This document shows positions 41,431 through 56,873 of a DNA stretch of 64,000 nt, one piece after another. Under the pieces are notes generated by a model. It had not been told where the DNA came from. It made no database searches and saw only the letters and a list, made by a program, of their open reading frames with translations. Made by a program: the position numbers and the translations under genes. Numbering within the stretch: the stretch's first letter is position 1; every line of letters starts with the position of its first letter. The DNA comes from the human T2T-CHM13v2.0 reference genome, Homo sapiens: assembly GCF_009914755.1 (NCBI RefSeq), contig NC_060934.1; one strand, given 5' to 3'.

Positions 41431-42396
41431 ATTTTTTTTTAAAGTCAGGCAAAATTCACAGGGCTGTTGCAGGAGAAAATGGGATCCTAATATAAAGAGC
41501 TTGATTCAGGCTCTGGTCATGGCAGGCACCAGTACATCCCAGCTCTTATTATTTGTGGTATTAATCCTAATTATCTGCAAGTTACAGGGCCAGAGAAGAC
41601 TAGGGGAGTTCGGGTTTTCTAGACCAAACAGACACTCAGTCCTGGGCCTGGAGGTCTCTGCAGTGAGGTGCTGCCACAGACAGAGCCACCTTAACTCCTC
41701 AGGACAACCAGTGGCTTCCGACACACACTATGCACTGGAGGGCAAGCAGCTCCCAGCTTGGGAGCAACTGAGGATGGTGAACAGCCTGGGCAAGGAGTGC
41801 TCTGAGGCTAAGACCCTGAACAGCAGGGTCAGTATTTTTTTATATCTTTGTGCCTTTCAGGCCAAATGGAAGTTGGTAGCTCTCCTATCCCATTGCATTT
41901 CTAGAGCAATCTCTGTCTCCTCAATTATAAAGTGCGCTGATAATACTTCCCCAGATAGTTGTGAAGAACAGCTGAGAGATGATATGTGTAAAACCCTTAC
42001 CTGATGATTGATGCTAATGGTCCTTGGAAAGTATTGTTCTCTCTCTCATTCCTTCTGGCGTGAATATATCCATAGTATCCTTTTCAAAGACAGATAGATC
42101 AAGAGAAGGGAAACAGATGGTCCAGATGTGTAGTGAGATTTTAAGGCAGTGTTTCTCAATGTTTTTTAAAAAATCCATGTTTCCCTCAATAAACATAAAA
42201 GTCAGACCACCTGTTTCTATATGTATATATGTATGTGTATATATATGTATATAAGTTTAATACATAGTATATGCATTAAAAGTCATATCTTGTATATTAA
42301 AAGTCACACACATATATATGTATATATGTATGGGAAATGTATCTATATGTGTGTGTGTGACTTTTAATATACAAGATATGACTTTTAAGATATATA

Positions 42397-42550
42397 GGCA
42401 CAGCGGCTTATGCCTATAATTCCAGCATTTTGGAAAGTCAAGAGGAGAGAATTGCTTGAGCCTAGAAGTTCAAGGCTGCATCAAGGCTGCAATGAGCTAT
42501 TATTACATCATTGCACTCCAGCCTGGGTGACAGAGTGAGACCTTATCTCT
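42397..42550 (+). mobile_element. Old Alu monomer (FAM/FRAM-like)
   Basis: ggcacagcggcttatgcctataattccagc...gcctgggtgacagagtgagacc. Confidence 0.8.
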
Positions 42551-42552
42551 AA

Positions 42553-42553
42553 T

Positions 42554-42592
<39 letters not shown>

Positions 42593-42673
42593 CACACATA
42601 CATATATATATGTACACACACACATACATATATATGTGTGTATATGTGTATATATACGTGTGTGTGTGTGTGT
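42553..42673. repeat. Compound (CA)n/(TA)n/(TG)n microsatellite
   Basis: ~120 bp of alternating purine-pyrimidine. Confidence 0.9.
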
Positions 42674-42927
42674 AATTATTTTCTTTTCACCCATCAGGTT
42701 ACCAGTACTGGGGTTATGAGTGTAAAGTAATATAATCACTTTGCAAGTTGTGAGGTACTGTAGATTATCCCATTGATACACTTTAATCCATGTTATTTTT
42801 TAAAATCTCCAATGTATTCTCAAATTATTCCTCTTTACAGAACCGAAGTGCAGCTCCCCACTTCAGGTAATGTGATTCTACCCTTTGCCTGAGAAACATA
42901 TCCATCCTAATTGCCATGTGCTCAGCT

Positions 42928-42946
42928 GGACCACTAGAGGGAGCCA
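42928..42946 (+). promoter_or_regulatory. Candidate CTCF site GGACCACTAGAGGGAGCCA
   Basis: Close to the CCASYAGRKGGCRS consensus, with an upstream TGCCATGTGC module. Confidence 0.65.
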
Positions 42947-43037
42947 TCCTGTAACGGGTGAGGTCAACCTAACAAATGGTATCAGTCGAGTATTGATCGG
43001 AGGCCAACGCAAGAAGTTACCAGTAGCCTATTTCAGA

Positions 43038-43043
43038 TTTATT
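43038..43043 (-). terminator. ACTA2: ACTA2 polyadenylation signal AATAAA
   Basis: tttatt on + strand, ~120 nt past the TAA stop. Confidence 0.9.
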
Positions 43044-43165
43044 AAAAAACACATAGGTAACGAGTCAGAGCTTTGGCTAGGAATGATTTGGAAAAGAACT
43101 GAAGGCATAATTCCACAGGACATTCACAGTTGTGTGCTAGAGACAGAGAGGAGCAGGAAAGTGTT

Positions 43166-43312
<147 letters not shown>

Positions 43313-43478
43313 TCAGTCAAGATGAAAAAGAATGGTCATTAATGTCATCATTAGTGCAGTCGTTAGTGCGGTAGGACAGAGCCTGGATGTTCTACCATGG
43401 CCTAGTTTCTTGTTCAGCAGGGACACAGGCTTGTCTGTTAGATGCCAATTGTGTCCTAATTGTGTCATGTTCTTGGCA

Positions 43479-43497
43479 GGACCGCCAGAGGGAGCCA
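43479..43497 (+). promoter_or_regulatory. Candidate CTCF site GGACCGCCAGAGGGAGCCA
   Basis: Close to the CTCF consensus, with an upstream TGTCATGTTC module. Confidence 0.65.
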
Positions 43498-44308
43498 TGG
43501 ATTTAGAAATTCTTCAGTAAGCACATTCGTTTTTCTCACCTGTAACTCTTCGACCACATTATTGAGCAAACTGAAAGTTGGCTCCAAATCCAGCCATGGC
43601 CCCCACTTAAGAACCCTGGCAATGCCTCTGATTTCCATGAACTCTGCCTCAGAATTCAACACGATACACTTTCTGTAGAAACAAACCCTAGCCTATTCAA
43701 AGGAGAAGTTTTAATTGTGCTAGGACTTAGTATACAAATGTGTTTCCACGTGGTGAAGTGAACTACCACTTTTCACCCAGATGCTCTGTTTAACATTGGG
43801 GAACTCAGGGTCCCCTGCTGGGGACATTCCCTTGCAATAGGTGCCTCTTAAGCTGCACTGGTTGGCCTTTCCCAGTGCACAGGCCTAACCTGCAAGGCAT
43901 GCTCATGTTTCTTAAATAAATGAATGGTTTAGGCACAGAGAACAGTGAAAACTGGCTAACCAGTTTAATCTTTATCTTCTGAGCATTTACTTCTTAATAC
44001 AAAGTACTGATATTTACTGAGCATGTAATTATATGCCAGGCACTATGCTAAGCATTTTACATGTATTATCTCATTTGATTCTCATAAACATCTTGAAGAA
44101 TAAGTCTTAAATTACTCCCATATTACATATGAGGAAACAGAGGCTGAGAAAGTTTAAGTAACTGGCCCAGGTAACACCGGTTATATCAGTGTCAGATCTG
44201 ATATTCAAACCTGGGTTCTCCCAGGTGGTTTTATGTTTTGGTTTGGTTTTAAAAATAACCTTTTTATTTTGGAACAATTTTAGATTTTCAGAAAAGTTGT
44301 AAAGAATT

Positions 44309-44738
44309 TAGTATAGTTTGGATATCTCCTCCAAATCTCATGTTGAGATGTAATCCCCCGTGTTGGAGGTGGGGCCTGGTAGGAGGTGTTTGGATCACGT
44401 GGGTGGATCTCTCATGAATGGCTTAGGACATCTCCTTGGTGATAAGTGAGCTCTTCTTCCGAGTTCACATGAAATCTGGTTATTTCAAAGTGTGTGGCAC
44501 CCTCCCCCCACCCCTGCCCTCTCTGTTGCCCCTGCTTTTGCCATGTGAGGTGTCTGCCCCTGCTTCGCCTTCCACCATGATTCGAAGCTTTCTGAGACTG
44601 AGGCCTCCCCAGAAGCTGATGCTAGAGCTATGCTTCCTGTACAGCCTGCTGAACTGTGAGCCAGTTAAACCTCTTTTCTTTACAAATTACCCAAGTCTTA
44701 GGTATTTCTTTATAGCAACGCAAGAACAGCCTATGACA
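44309..44738 (+). mobile_element. MST-type MaLR solo LTR
   Basis: tatagtttggata...ccaaatctcatgttgagatgtaatcccc...ttctttatagcaacgcaagaacagcc. Confidence 0.85.
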
Positions 44739-45913
44739 AATTCTATGGGAGTTCCCATAGGTCTCTCATCCAGTTTCATTTTTGCCAAATGTTATCATCT
44801 TATTGTCCTAGGTTTTTCTTGGTTCTCTATACTATCTCATTACATCGGGGCCCAGAGTTTCACATTAATTTCTATTCAAGAAACCAAGTTTAGAGAACTA
44901 GGAACTGCCCAACTCTAGCAATAGCCTCTTTCTGTTATCGACCCTCATGAGATCAACTCAGTAGTGAGCCCAGCTACTGGCTTCATTCACCTCCCTCTTG
45001 TGTGGAAGTAAGGGGGGTAAGAGCTGATCAGAATGGCATCCAAGAAACACAAACGCTGTTGGAAAACAGTCTCTCTTCTCTCATGCTGAAGTCTTTTAGG
45101 GCAGGACTAGCCAGAGCCTATCATGGAGAGAGAAAGTGTGCATGTTTCAGTCTAGCACACTCTCTAGTGTTAGCTGCATACTCCTTCTAAAAACAGAAGG
45201 GAGTGCAAAGAGGAGATAATTTGTTTAAATACCCACGTGTGTGAACTGCACTAGAATTGCCCCTCTACTTCCTGTGACATGGGTCAGAGGGTCCCAAGTG
45301 TGGCCTTCTGACTTCAGAGAGTGATAATAACCTTTGAGAAGTGACCCAGCCACAGGTTAAGTTTGCCTCCAAAGAATTATCTCCATTTAATCCCCGAGTT
45401 CCCTTCACTAGGGCTCAACATTCACACCACATACAGGGGTCCTGGGTGGCTCAGGGACTGAGCTTGGTCATCCTAGAGTCATTCTGTGCTTTTGAGCACC
45501 TGTACCAAAAGATGTGCTAGACAGAGGAATGAGGATAAAATTTGAATTCTTGGCCACAGGATTGAGGTTAGTAGTGGAGGAAGAGTATAAGCTCCTCCTA
45601 AATCTACAGTGTTTGAAGTTCTTCAGAAATAAGTCTAGGTCATCAGTATTTTTAAAAAATGTGTTACATGCATGATGCACTATTTTTGTGTCGAGAAAAA
45701 CAACAAAATGCATATTTTAAAGAGAGATGAGCATGTGGGGAGCTCTGTTGACTTTGACTGCAGCTACTGAAAGTAGCTGACAGACAAGGATAAATAGAGA
45801 TCAAATTTTATATAAAGTAACTCAATTTTTCTTATGAACTAGATTGACTTACATCCTGTAAAATATGAGATTTGTGTCCATTACCTACCCCTAAAACCCA
45901 CAATTGCATGTCA

Positions 45914-46555
<642 letters not shown>

Positions 46556-47366
46556 TTAACAGCTACGTTGCATCTGCCCCAGCCCCCAAAGCTAATGGGG
46601 CTGGATTATCAGGGAAACTTACTCTATTTTTTATCCTGTTGGAAAAGGCTCATTTTTCCAATCTTGCTAACATTTTTTTTGGGTGGGGGTGGGGGTCTGG
46701 ACTTTTGTTAATTTCTGACGCAGGTGTTTTCAAAAAACCTCTAGGTGCCCTTTCATCTTCTGCAGTGCTGTGATGTAATGATAACGTTAACAATAGCACT
46801 ACCTGATTATTAATTACTAGTGATATCTGATAATTATTGAATGCTTGCTTTTGCCAGGCAGTGGGCTAAGTGCTCTTTATCTATCTCCTGTAATTCTCAC
46901 AGCCATCCTAGGACATAAGTAATATTACAGTCTCCGCTTTATACATGAGGAGACTAGTTGGGAGGTTAAGTGACTTTCCCAAGATCAAGAGAACTAAGAC
47001 TGAAACCCAGGCTCACCCCTCTCAGAGCCTGCCTCTGTAAACAACTATGCAAACCTGTCTCTCCAAGACAATGTGAATGTAGGAACAGACTCACTTTGAG
47101 TGCTCTTCTATTTTTCTCTCCCCCAGCATTCCCAAATTCTCAGCCTTCAGCACACCCTTGCTACCCTTTCCGCTGTCTCCAAAGCACAGGCATTATTTAA
47201 TTCTTTCATCATACACCATGAATGCTTTGGGCTTAACTGCAACATAGATAGTGTTTTCTTAGGAAGAAAACCTTTTTCCTGGCCTCATTATGTCTTCTCG
47301 CCTTGAAAATGTGGCACTTTCCCTTTTTCTGGTTTAGAAATGCTTTTGGTCTTGGGGCAACCGTCA

Positions 47367-47699
<333 letters not shown>

Positions 47700-49154
47700 T
47701 CACCTGCCCTACTGCAGTCTCTCCCTCAAGACATGTGCCATCAAAAAATGTGTCAGTTCAATATTCTGCAATCCAAAATCCACAATGATAATGACGTAGT
47801 AGGGCCACCAGGGAACCACCTCTGTTCCTAGGACAGTGTCTCATGCATAGTAGGCCCTCAGCATGCATTGTCTGGGAAATGCATAACAAGAATAAAATGA
47901 GCTAGCTAGAGAAAGGCACACAGTAGCGGATCCTTTTGTACCATAACATTTTTTGGGGTGGGTGGGCAGGATAACTACTCTGTGTTATAATTATTTTATG
48001 ACAGAAAGTTTGTTATATTGTATTTTCAGTTAACCAGGATATCTTATGCTGAATCAGCTCCTCAGGGGCCTCACAATTTTCAAAAAGTCTGAGATCCTGT
48101 TGCCTGGGCCAGTGGATAGCAGGTTAAACCTTTGGCACATTTCTCACCCTCCAGGAAAGAGGTGGTGCTGTCTCAGGACCAGGCCTAGTCCAGAAGGTTT
48201 CAGCGGTGCATACTGAACGAGATACGGAAGAAGTGGGCAGGGAGAGACCTTTCAGACTTCTGCTCTCTGAAGTTCTAGGCTATTAATTATATCTGAGGCT
48301 CTAGGAACCTTTTAGAGGCATCTTGGGATTCTTTGTAGGGAGCAGAGGAGGAATGCAATTATTCAACTTCATATTGCAAGTGGAGACTTTAACATTGGCA
48401 GGGTTCAAGTCTCAAGCCTCAAATTTGGAGCATAAAATAAGCCTCAGGCATGTTCAGAAACCTAAATGTTTGGACAATACCAAATTGCTAAGGGGAGGAC
48501 AGGTAGCTGGAGCCACCAGCACTGAGGACATACAATGTTTCTGGCAATGCTGACACTTTCCTCTTGTGAAGGGAGGACTGGGTGCACCGGCTTAGAATCT
48601 GAATACACATATGTCACTGTGTTAGCTATTAATAAGTATCACTGTTAATAGCTAACAATTATTGAATGCTTACTCTATGTCAAGTATTCCACATGCGTTC
48701 TTCCATTTAATACTGATAACAATCATGTGATATAGGGTCTATTATTATCCCCATTTTACAAATAAAGAGACTATGGTTGGTTAACTTGTCCAAGCTCACA
48801 GAGCTACTGAGTAGCAGAGTTGGGACTCGAGTCCTATCACAATGTCTCCTGCCAATCACCACACCATGCCATCTTCAGTCTCTGCACAATCTTCTTCTAT
48901 TTGCTAATGGAGGGGATTAAAAAAAGATCAATTATACAACACTGACTAATGCATAACACTGGGTGTCTATAACTGTTCTCCTCAAGGAAATAGTGTAATC
49001 ATTTTGCAACTTCACACAGCAAAGAAAGATGTGCTTTGCTCTGTGCATTAGAGCCAGGCCTTGCCATTTGCAAAACTTCATCCCATCATCTCCTTGGATA
49101 GTGAGGATGGTCCTGGAAGTTACTGAGCAACACACTGCTCCCCTCTCCCCCTTA

Positions 49155-49358
<204 letters not shown>

Positions 49359-49629
49359 TCACCATGGCAGCTGGCATGTGGTTACTTGCTGGACAAGTAG
49401 AGGGAAGCCTTGGGGGAGAGGGAATTTCCGAGCCTCTTATTTAAAAAGAGAAAACAGGGCATGTGATAGGAGAGGTGAGGTGGGACAGGGCTCGGGGAAG
49501 ATGAAAAAAAGTAAAGAACAGGAAGAGGAAAACAGTAGAAAAAAGTTCTGCTAGAAATATGAGATCAAGGGCTTATTTTGAACACTAGAAGAAGATCTTT
49601 TAGGGCTGGGTTCAGCCGTGTCCATTCTA

Positions 49630-49944
<315 letters not shown>

Positions 49945-51646
49945 TCAGAACAGCCCTGGTCACGTTAAAGAGGAGAAATGAAGGTGTGAATGGGGAGCCA
50001 TCACATCAATGGCCTGACAGGGTGGGGAGGGGAAGAAACAGTGTGCACACAAGGTTTGGCCAGGGGAAAGGAAAGTCCAGCTTCTGGCTCTGGTCCTGGC
50101 TTTGACTAATAGTCACCAAACTAATAGTTGATTAATAGTGGCTTTATTCCAGGTCTCTTAACAGAGGAGGAGTTTGGACTAAATGAGATCTCCCATTTTT
50201 CCAGTGCAGACATCCTAGGGCTTGTTAACTATGTCAAAGCCAGAAGAAAAAGAGAAGACAACATCCAGGTTTTGATTTCCCTGGTATAAAGAAAGAGAAC
50301 TTTTAAATCTGAAGCTCAGGCTGGCTAGGTTTAGCCCCATTTCTGTGATTTGTCTGAGGTTCTATTTAATCTATTCCACTTTTTTATGTAGTTACTGGGT
50401 CAATGCTAACCCTAGAATCTGAGGCCATTCTGGTTGCAGTGGGAGAGGCCCTGGTTCCTGGAAGACAGGACCAGCCCAATGGTAATAGAGGACCACATAG
50501 AATGTCAGTGCCCCAGTTGGTGCAGTCCAGGGACAAGATTAGAACCAAGCCCCTCCAGGTCACTTGTGAGAAGTTTGTGCATCAGGAGATGTCCGTGGGT
50601 CTTCATTTCTCCATCTGTAAGACCCTTCCTACTCTATTAACCAGAATGTCTGACATCATTTGCTAGCAAGCCATAATTTCCAACCATTTTTTTTTTTTTG
50701 CCTTCACACCACTGACAGGAACAATAATTCATCAGAAGCAACATCTCTTGCGACGTGCAGTGATTCCCAGGCCCACAGATGTTCCCCTGTAGAGAACAAG
50801 TGCTAGTGGGTTGGTGCAAGCACCAGGAGCTCTTCTGAGGAAAAGGCCTTGCAGTTATTTACATTTATGATTCTTCAATGCTGGAAGATCATGGATCAAT
50901 CCCAGGCTTTGCCAGTTCTAGCTGTGTGACCCTGGGAGAATTACTTAATGTATCTGAGCCTCAATTTCTTCATTTATGTAGTCAATATAATCATAGTTCC
51001 TGCTTCACATTGCTAGAACTTAAAGAGACAATGAATGTAAAATGCTGAGCCCAGTACTTGACCATAACAAGTATAGAATTGACACTAGACGTTGTTATTT
51101 AATAGCTCTTCCAAACTAGAAAACTCAGAGCTCTGTCTGGTGGGCTGGATGGGATTCTATTGTGAGGTCTTTAGCTTCAAACAAGTAATAATAATGACAA
51201 TAGTAAGTACTATATTTTGGATGTTTATTAGGAACCATGATACACATCTGTCATTTCACCTCATTAATGTTCACATCAATCCTTGGAAAAATGATAGTAT
51301 TAATATTACTCCCAACTTATAGACAAGGAAACTGAGGCTCTGAGAAATTAACGGAGTTCTTTAAGGTCACATAACTGATAAGTGGCAGATCCAGTTTTCA
51401 AACCTAGATATGTCTGACTCTGGAACCCAAATTCCTATTGTATGTGATGCTGCATTTTGAAGTGACTTCTCCTTAGACATTATAACTTAAACGTGGCCCC
51501 TTCTCAGTGAAATCTTTTAAATTTCCTATTGCTTTTGGAGGCAAAGGGCTGGTCCCTGCAGGAAGGATGCAAGTACTTTCAAGCTGTTCCTGTCCTTTGG
51601 GATCCCTGAGTTCACTGAAGGCTGTTAGTCTGTTGGTGGACTCCTA

Positions 51647-51850
<204 letters not shown>

Positions 51851-54039
51851 CTAGTGAGTTGGGGGACAGAGGAGAAACACAATGATGTGCTGTCATGAGG
51901 TCCTGCATTTCCCAAAAAGGGACCAGAAGCTACTTGAAACCAAGACCAAAGGAAATGCTACAAGTACTCATGCATGTGTCCATGGTTTTATAGATGCAGA
52001 GACTGAAGCTCAAAGTGTGTAAGTACCTTCCCAAAGGATTCACATCTACTAAGTGACTGAGCAGAATCCCTAACCCAGATCTGTGAGGCAGGATGGTATG
52101 GCAGTTAAGGGCACAACCCTTGATCAAACCTTGGGTTCAAAGCCCAGCTCGGACACTTCTTAGTTGTGTGAGCTTAGGCAAGTTTTTAACCCTTCTCAGC
52201 TTCAGTCTCATGATTGGTAATAGGGAGATGAAAATAATTAGTGTGTACCTCATCGGGTCTTTGTGTAAATAAATAAGGTAACCCTCGAGTTATTGTCCAG
52301 CCCAGTGTCTGGTCCAGAATCAATGTTATTATTATTCAACTCTATTTTCTTTGTTCTCTCTTCCCATTTTAATGTTCATGGGAAAATGATTTAATTTTGT
52401 AAATAAAAAGACAAATGAATGTATATATGAATAAATGACGCTTACTTGAAAACCTAATTGACACTTTTAATGCTTCTAGAGAAGTTGCCCTTTGCAGTGT
52501 ACATGAAGAAGAGAACAGGGCTCTCTGACTCTTGCCTCCATCACCCTCTTTGCTCTCGAGGGATGAGAAAAGCTTCCTCTATCAGCACACTCTGGATCTT
52601 CCACTCACAGTCAGACATTTGGCCTTCAGGTGTTTCCAAAAGGCCCACGCCTGTGTATAGTGTGTCTATGTGAAGGTACTTTGGACATAACTACATTTAT
52701 TTATGGTTGAGCACTTTCTTTAATTCCTAGATGCCGAAAAGAACAAACCATTGCAAAAAGGACTAAATTAATTAATCTTTAAAAGCACGAAAATTCTCCA
52801 CCAGAGCCAGGAATATGAGATTCACTCAAAATCAAAACAGAGCAAAACAAGAACTGCTGGTGAAAGCTTACAAATTAGCAAAACCAAGATTAGCTTTAAA
52901 GACTATCTTATTCCACTTTCTTTTGTTTTGGATTTGTGGTTTATAGAAGGGAAATGAAACTTCTGAAAGTTTTGTTTCTTTAGTGGAGTGAAAGCAGCAG
53001 ACTGCTCAAAAAATCCTGCCAGTCACAGCAAGCAACCTTTCTCCTCTCTCTCTCTTCGTCCCCACCAGAAGATACTTTGAATTTAAATTTTAGAAATAAG
53101 GAAAGTTTTTTCTTCCAATAGTCTCTGTCTAGGACGATACATTCTAAGATGTTGTCAGCTCCATGGAGAAATTCTAAAAGAATATTTTCCTATTGATATT
53201 GATATCTTTTTCTCTGTGCAAACTGCAATCTTACCAAATCTAGAATCCTCAAGCAAACCTACTGATATGAAATTTTTGTAGAAAGATAGAGCTTGGAGCA
53301 TTACTGCTGATAAATTCTAACAACATTATGTATTTTTCTTTTAAGTGATAAATTGTGTGCGTAGTAGTAGTAGTGAGCCGATAGATAAATAAAAGGCCAG
53401 ATATCGTGATTCTGATATATCTTGCTGCATTTAAAATTTTTTATGTCACTTTCTCATTATTTCTTCTGTTTTTTTCTCTGATCACTGGTGTCTGTAATGT
53501 TTAATGACCAAACATCAAAATCTTAGAATTTAGCTCTTCTTCTCATTAGCTCTTTTATTAAGTGTCTGGGAGATAAGGCCTCATGTAATGCAACACAGAT
53601 AAATAATTTTTAAAATATTTATCATATAGCTTTTTTCAGTGGCTCTTGTGCTTCAGTGTGTGGAGAGGCATTCAGAAATGTACCAAACCTGCAATGTTAC
53701 ACTCCTGTTTACTATAGTGAAAACAAAAACATTTTTAATTTAGATGTTTAGAGTGAGTTAATGAAAACCTTTCAAGAATGGGCTGTTTAAGACTACTCCC
53801 AGCATTTCAAGCCCCTTTAGCTATATTGCACTGAGAGGGATAACCATGCAGCCCCTGATGAAAATGAAAGGAGGGTTTTCATTCTCTGAGCTGCTGCTCA
53901 TGCACTGCTTGTCCTAGGAGGGCAACAGAGTTGACGTGAGCAACAGATGATTAATTCCCTGCAGTGGCAAAGGGCTACTCTTCTCATCTACAGAACTATC
54001 ATCCTTTAATTAGTTAATAAAACCTAATAGGCAAGGACA

Positions 54040-54633
54040 TTTTTTTCCTTTTCTTTAGAGACAGAGTCTTGCTCTGTTGCCCAGGCTGGAGTGCAACAGC
54101 TGATGGTATGATCAGCTCACTGCAGCTTCGAACTCCTGGGCTCGAATGATGCTACCACCTCAGCCTCCTGAGTAGCTGGGACTACAGTTGCATGCCACCA
54201 CACACTGTTAATTAAACCTTTTTTTTTTTTTTTTTTTCAGTAGAAACAGGGTTTTGCTATGTTGCTCAGGCTGGTCTCAAACTCCTGGCCTCAAGTGATC
54301 CAGTGCTGAGATTACAGGTGTGAGTCACTGTGCCCTGCAGGATTTTTTTCTTCTTTTTTTTGAGATAGGATCTCACTCTGTCACCTAGGCTGGAGTAGGA
54401 TCTTGGCCCACTGCAGCCTCCATATCCCAGGCTCAAGTGATCCTCCCACCTCAATCTTTCAAGTAGCTGGGACTGAGGTGTGTGCCACCATGCCTGGCTA
54501 ATTTCATTTATTTTTTGTAGAGACAGGATCTTACTATGTTACCCAGCCTGGTCTCAAACTCCTGGGCCAAGCGATCCTCCCACCTTGGCCTCCCAAAGTG
54601 TTGGGATTACACGTGTGAGCAACCATGCCTGGC
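54040..54633 (-). mobile_element. Two tandem diverged Alus (AluJ-like; ~54040-54335 and ~54342-54633)
   Basis: Reverse Alu motifs, the first with an internal deletion. Confidence 0.85.
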
Positions 54634-54675
54634 AAGGGATTTTTTTTTAAAGAAACATTTTAGGATTTTTTTTTC

Positions 54676-55032
54676 TTTTTTTTTTAAATTTTATTATTAT
54701 TATACTTTAAGTTTTAGGGTACATGTGCACAACGTGCAGGTTTGTTACATATGTATACATGTGCCATGTTGGTGTGCTGCACCCATTAACTCGTCATTTA
54801 CATTAGGTATATCTCCTAATGCTATTCCTCCCCCTCCCCCCACCCCACAACAGTCCCCGGTGTGTGATGTTCCCCTTCCTGTGTCCATGTGTTCTCGTTG
54901 TTCAATTCCCACCTATGAGTGAGAACATGCGGTGTTTGGTTTTTTGTCCTTGCGACAGTTTGCTGAGGATGATGGTTTCCAGCTTCATCCATGTCCCTAC
55001 AAAGGACATGAACTCATCATTTTTTATGGCTA
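54676..55032 (-). mobile_element. 5'-truncated primate L1PA 3' end
   Basis: tatactttaagttttagggtacatgtgcacaacgtgcagg...; 14-bp TSD aggatttttttttc at 54662 and 55035. Confidence 0.93.
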
Positions 55033-55161
55033 CAAGGATTTTTTTTTCAATGGGTAATAACCCAGAATGAACATTAACAAGTAAAAGTACAGTTGAGCAA
55101 TGTGAGCCAGTTATTTCCCCAGCAGTAGTGTGGTGTTCTGTATCAGAGAACACAGGGATTA

Positions 55162-55329
<168 letters not shown>

Positions 55330-56744
55330 CTAAAAAGGTTCAACACATTATGAGTCAGCATCTCCCAAAACTTGTGAATCAATTACAGCCAAGCCACAAA
55401 AGGTTAAGTCATTGAGATGGGAAGTTCCTCTTCTGATTATCAGCAACAATAAACATATTGAGTCTCATTGCCACTATGCTCTTAAGCAAAATTCTGCAGT
55501 TGATTGGAAAAAGACCTGAATTGCCTCCAAATAACAGGAGATGTTGGGGGAAAGTCAACTTTACTTTGTATTTTTATCTCCTATGTTCCTTGATGAGCTT
55601 TTTTAGGGCAGAGATCATGTCTGTCTTGTCCATCACTATAGCAAATTGCATGGCACATATGTGGCACTCAATAATTATTTGTTGAAAGAATGTATACAAT
55701 TTTACATATTTGTTAAATGGCATTTTGTGTCTTATAAATCCTTTAAACTGTACTTTTAAAGTCATCACCTACCCAAAAGAATATGAGCATTATTTTCTAA
55801 CTATTATAAGCAAAAGCATTGCATCTACAAATAACCACTTGAGGCTTGATTTCTAATGGATAAGTTCATACCAATCAACTGTTAAGACATTTGCCTAAAT
55901 TAGTCAGCTGCATTTAAAAAAAATCATTAAGGTGAAGTTCTTAAAAAATTATTGTTACTAGATTTTAAATTGCACTGCAGTGACTATTTTAGAACTACAA
56001 AACAGCCATGGCTACTATGGACCCATAAAATAGCGGCTTGTGCAGAATATCTCCACTGCATAAAGATCAATGAATTCAGACAGACTGCATTCATTGGGAG
56101 AGGTTTCTATTATTTATTCTCATGAATATATCCCAAGCAGAGAGGCATAAACATCAATCAGATAGCCTCAATGCACAAACTACATTTCTGATGTGAAGAA
56201 GAATTTCTGAGGTGAAATTACTGAGTTTTTACCATGTGATGCCACCAATACTTTGTTTACACATAATGTGTAAAATTACCATGCGGCTGTCCAAATATAT
56301 TTTGTTGACAGGTAATATTATGTAAAATTGCATTTGGTATCGATGCTTGCTTTCATCTAACATCAGCCCTGTATGGTTAAGTGACCTGGACTTTTATTTT
56401 AGTTTCTTTCCAAACAGTAGCTTTGGTATACATCAGGATAATGTATAAGCATTTCTGATGGTGATGAAATGATTTGATGATGATGATGATGATGATAATG
56501 ACTATATTTAGACAAAAAGGACATGAAAAAGGGGCAGACTTTGTATCTGATAGATGCCCATCAGATAATCTGTCTACATTATATGTGAAATTGGCATTTA
56601 CTCCTGGACCTTAATCATTAGAGGTCTATTTGTAACAAGGTTACATAACTTCTGGGCAGAAAGAGATAGACAATCTGGGGATAAACATGAACACAGAGGA
56701 ACCTAATCTGTGTCCTGTTATGTTCCAATCATAATTTTCCTCAC

Positions 56745-56873
56745 CTGATGTCTGGGACGTCCCACAATGGATGGGAAAACAGCCCTGGGAGCATCGTCCC
56801 CAGCAAAGCCGGCCTTACAGAGCCCAGAGCCATTGTCACACACCAAGGCAGTGCTGTCCTCTTCTTCACACAT
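56745..56873 (-). CDS. ACTA2: ACTA2 exon 2 coding part ([43 protein letters not shown]); exon begins 56896
   Basis: N-terminus MCEEEDST is diagnostic of aortic smooth-muscle alpha-actin; acceptor ttttctatag, CAG|gtgagg donor. Confidence 0.98.

Noticed and set aside
41378-42004. 208-aa + strand ORF inside the ACTA2-AS1 region
   Set aside because: Starts at a non-ATG codon within an Alu monomer, crosses apparent splice sites and MIR-like sequence, and resembles no protein I recognise
46681-46700. G-rich run as a G-quadruplex
   Set aside because: Only three full G3+ tracts
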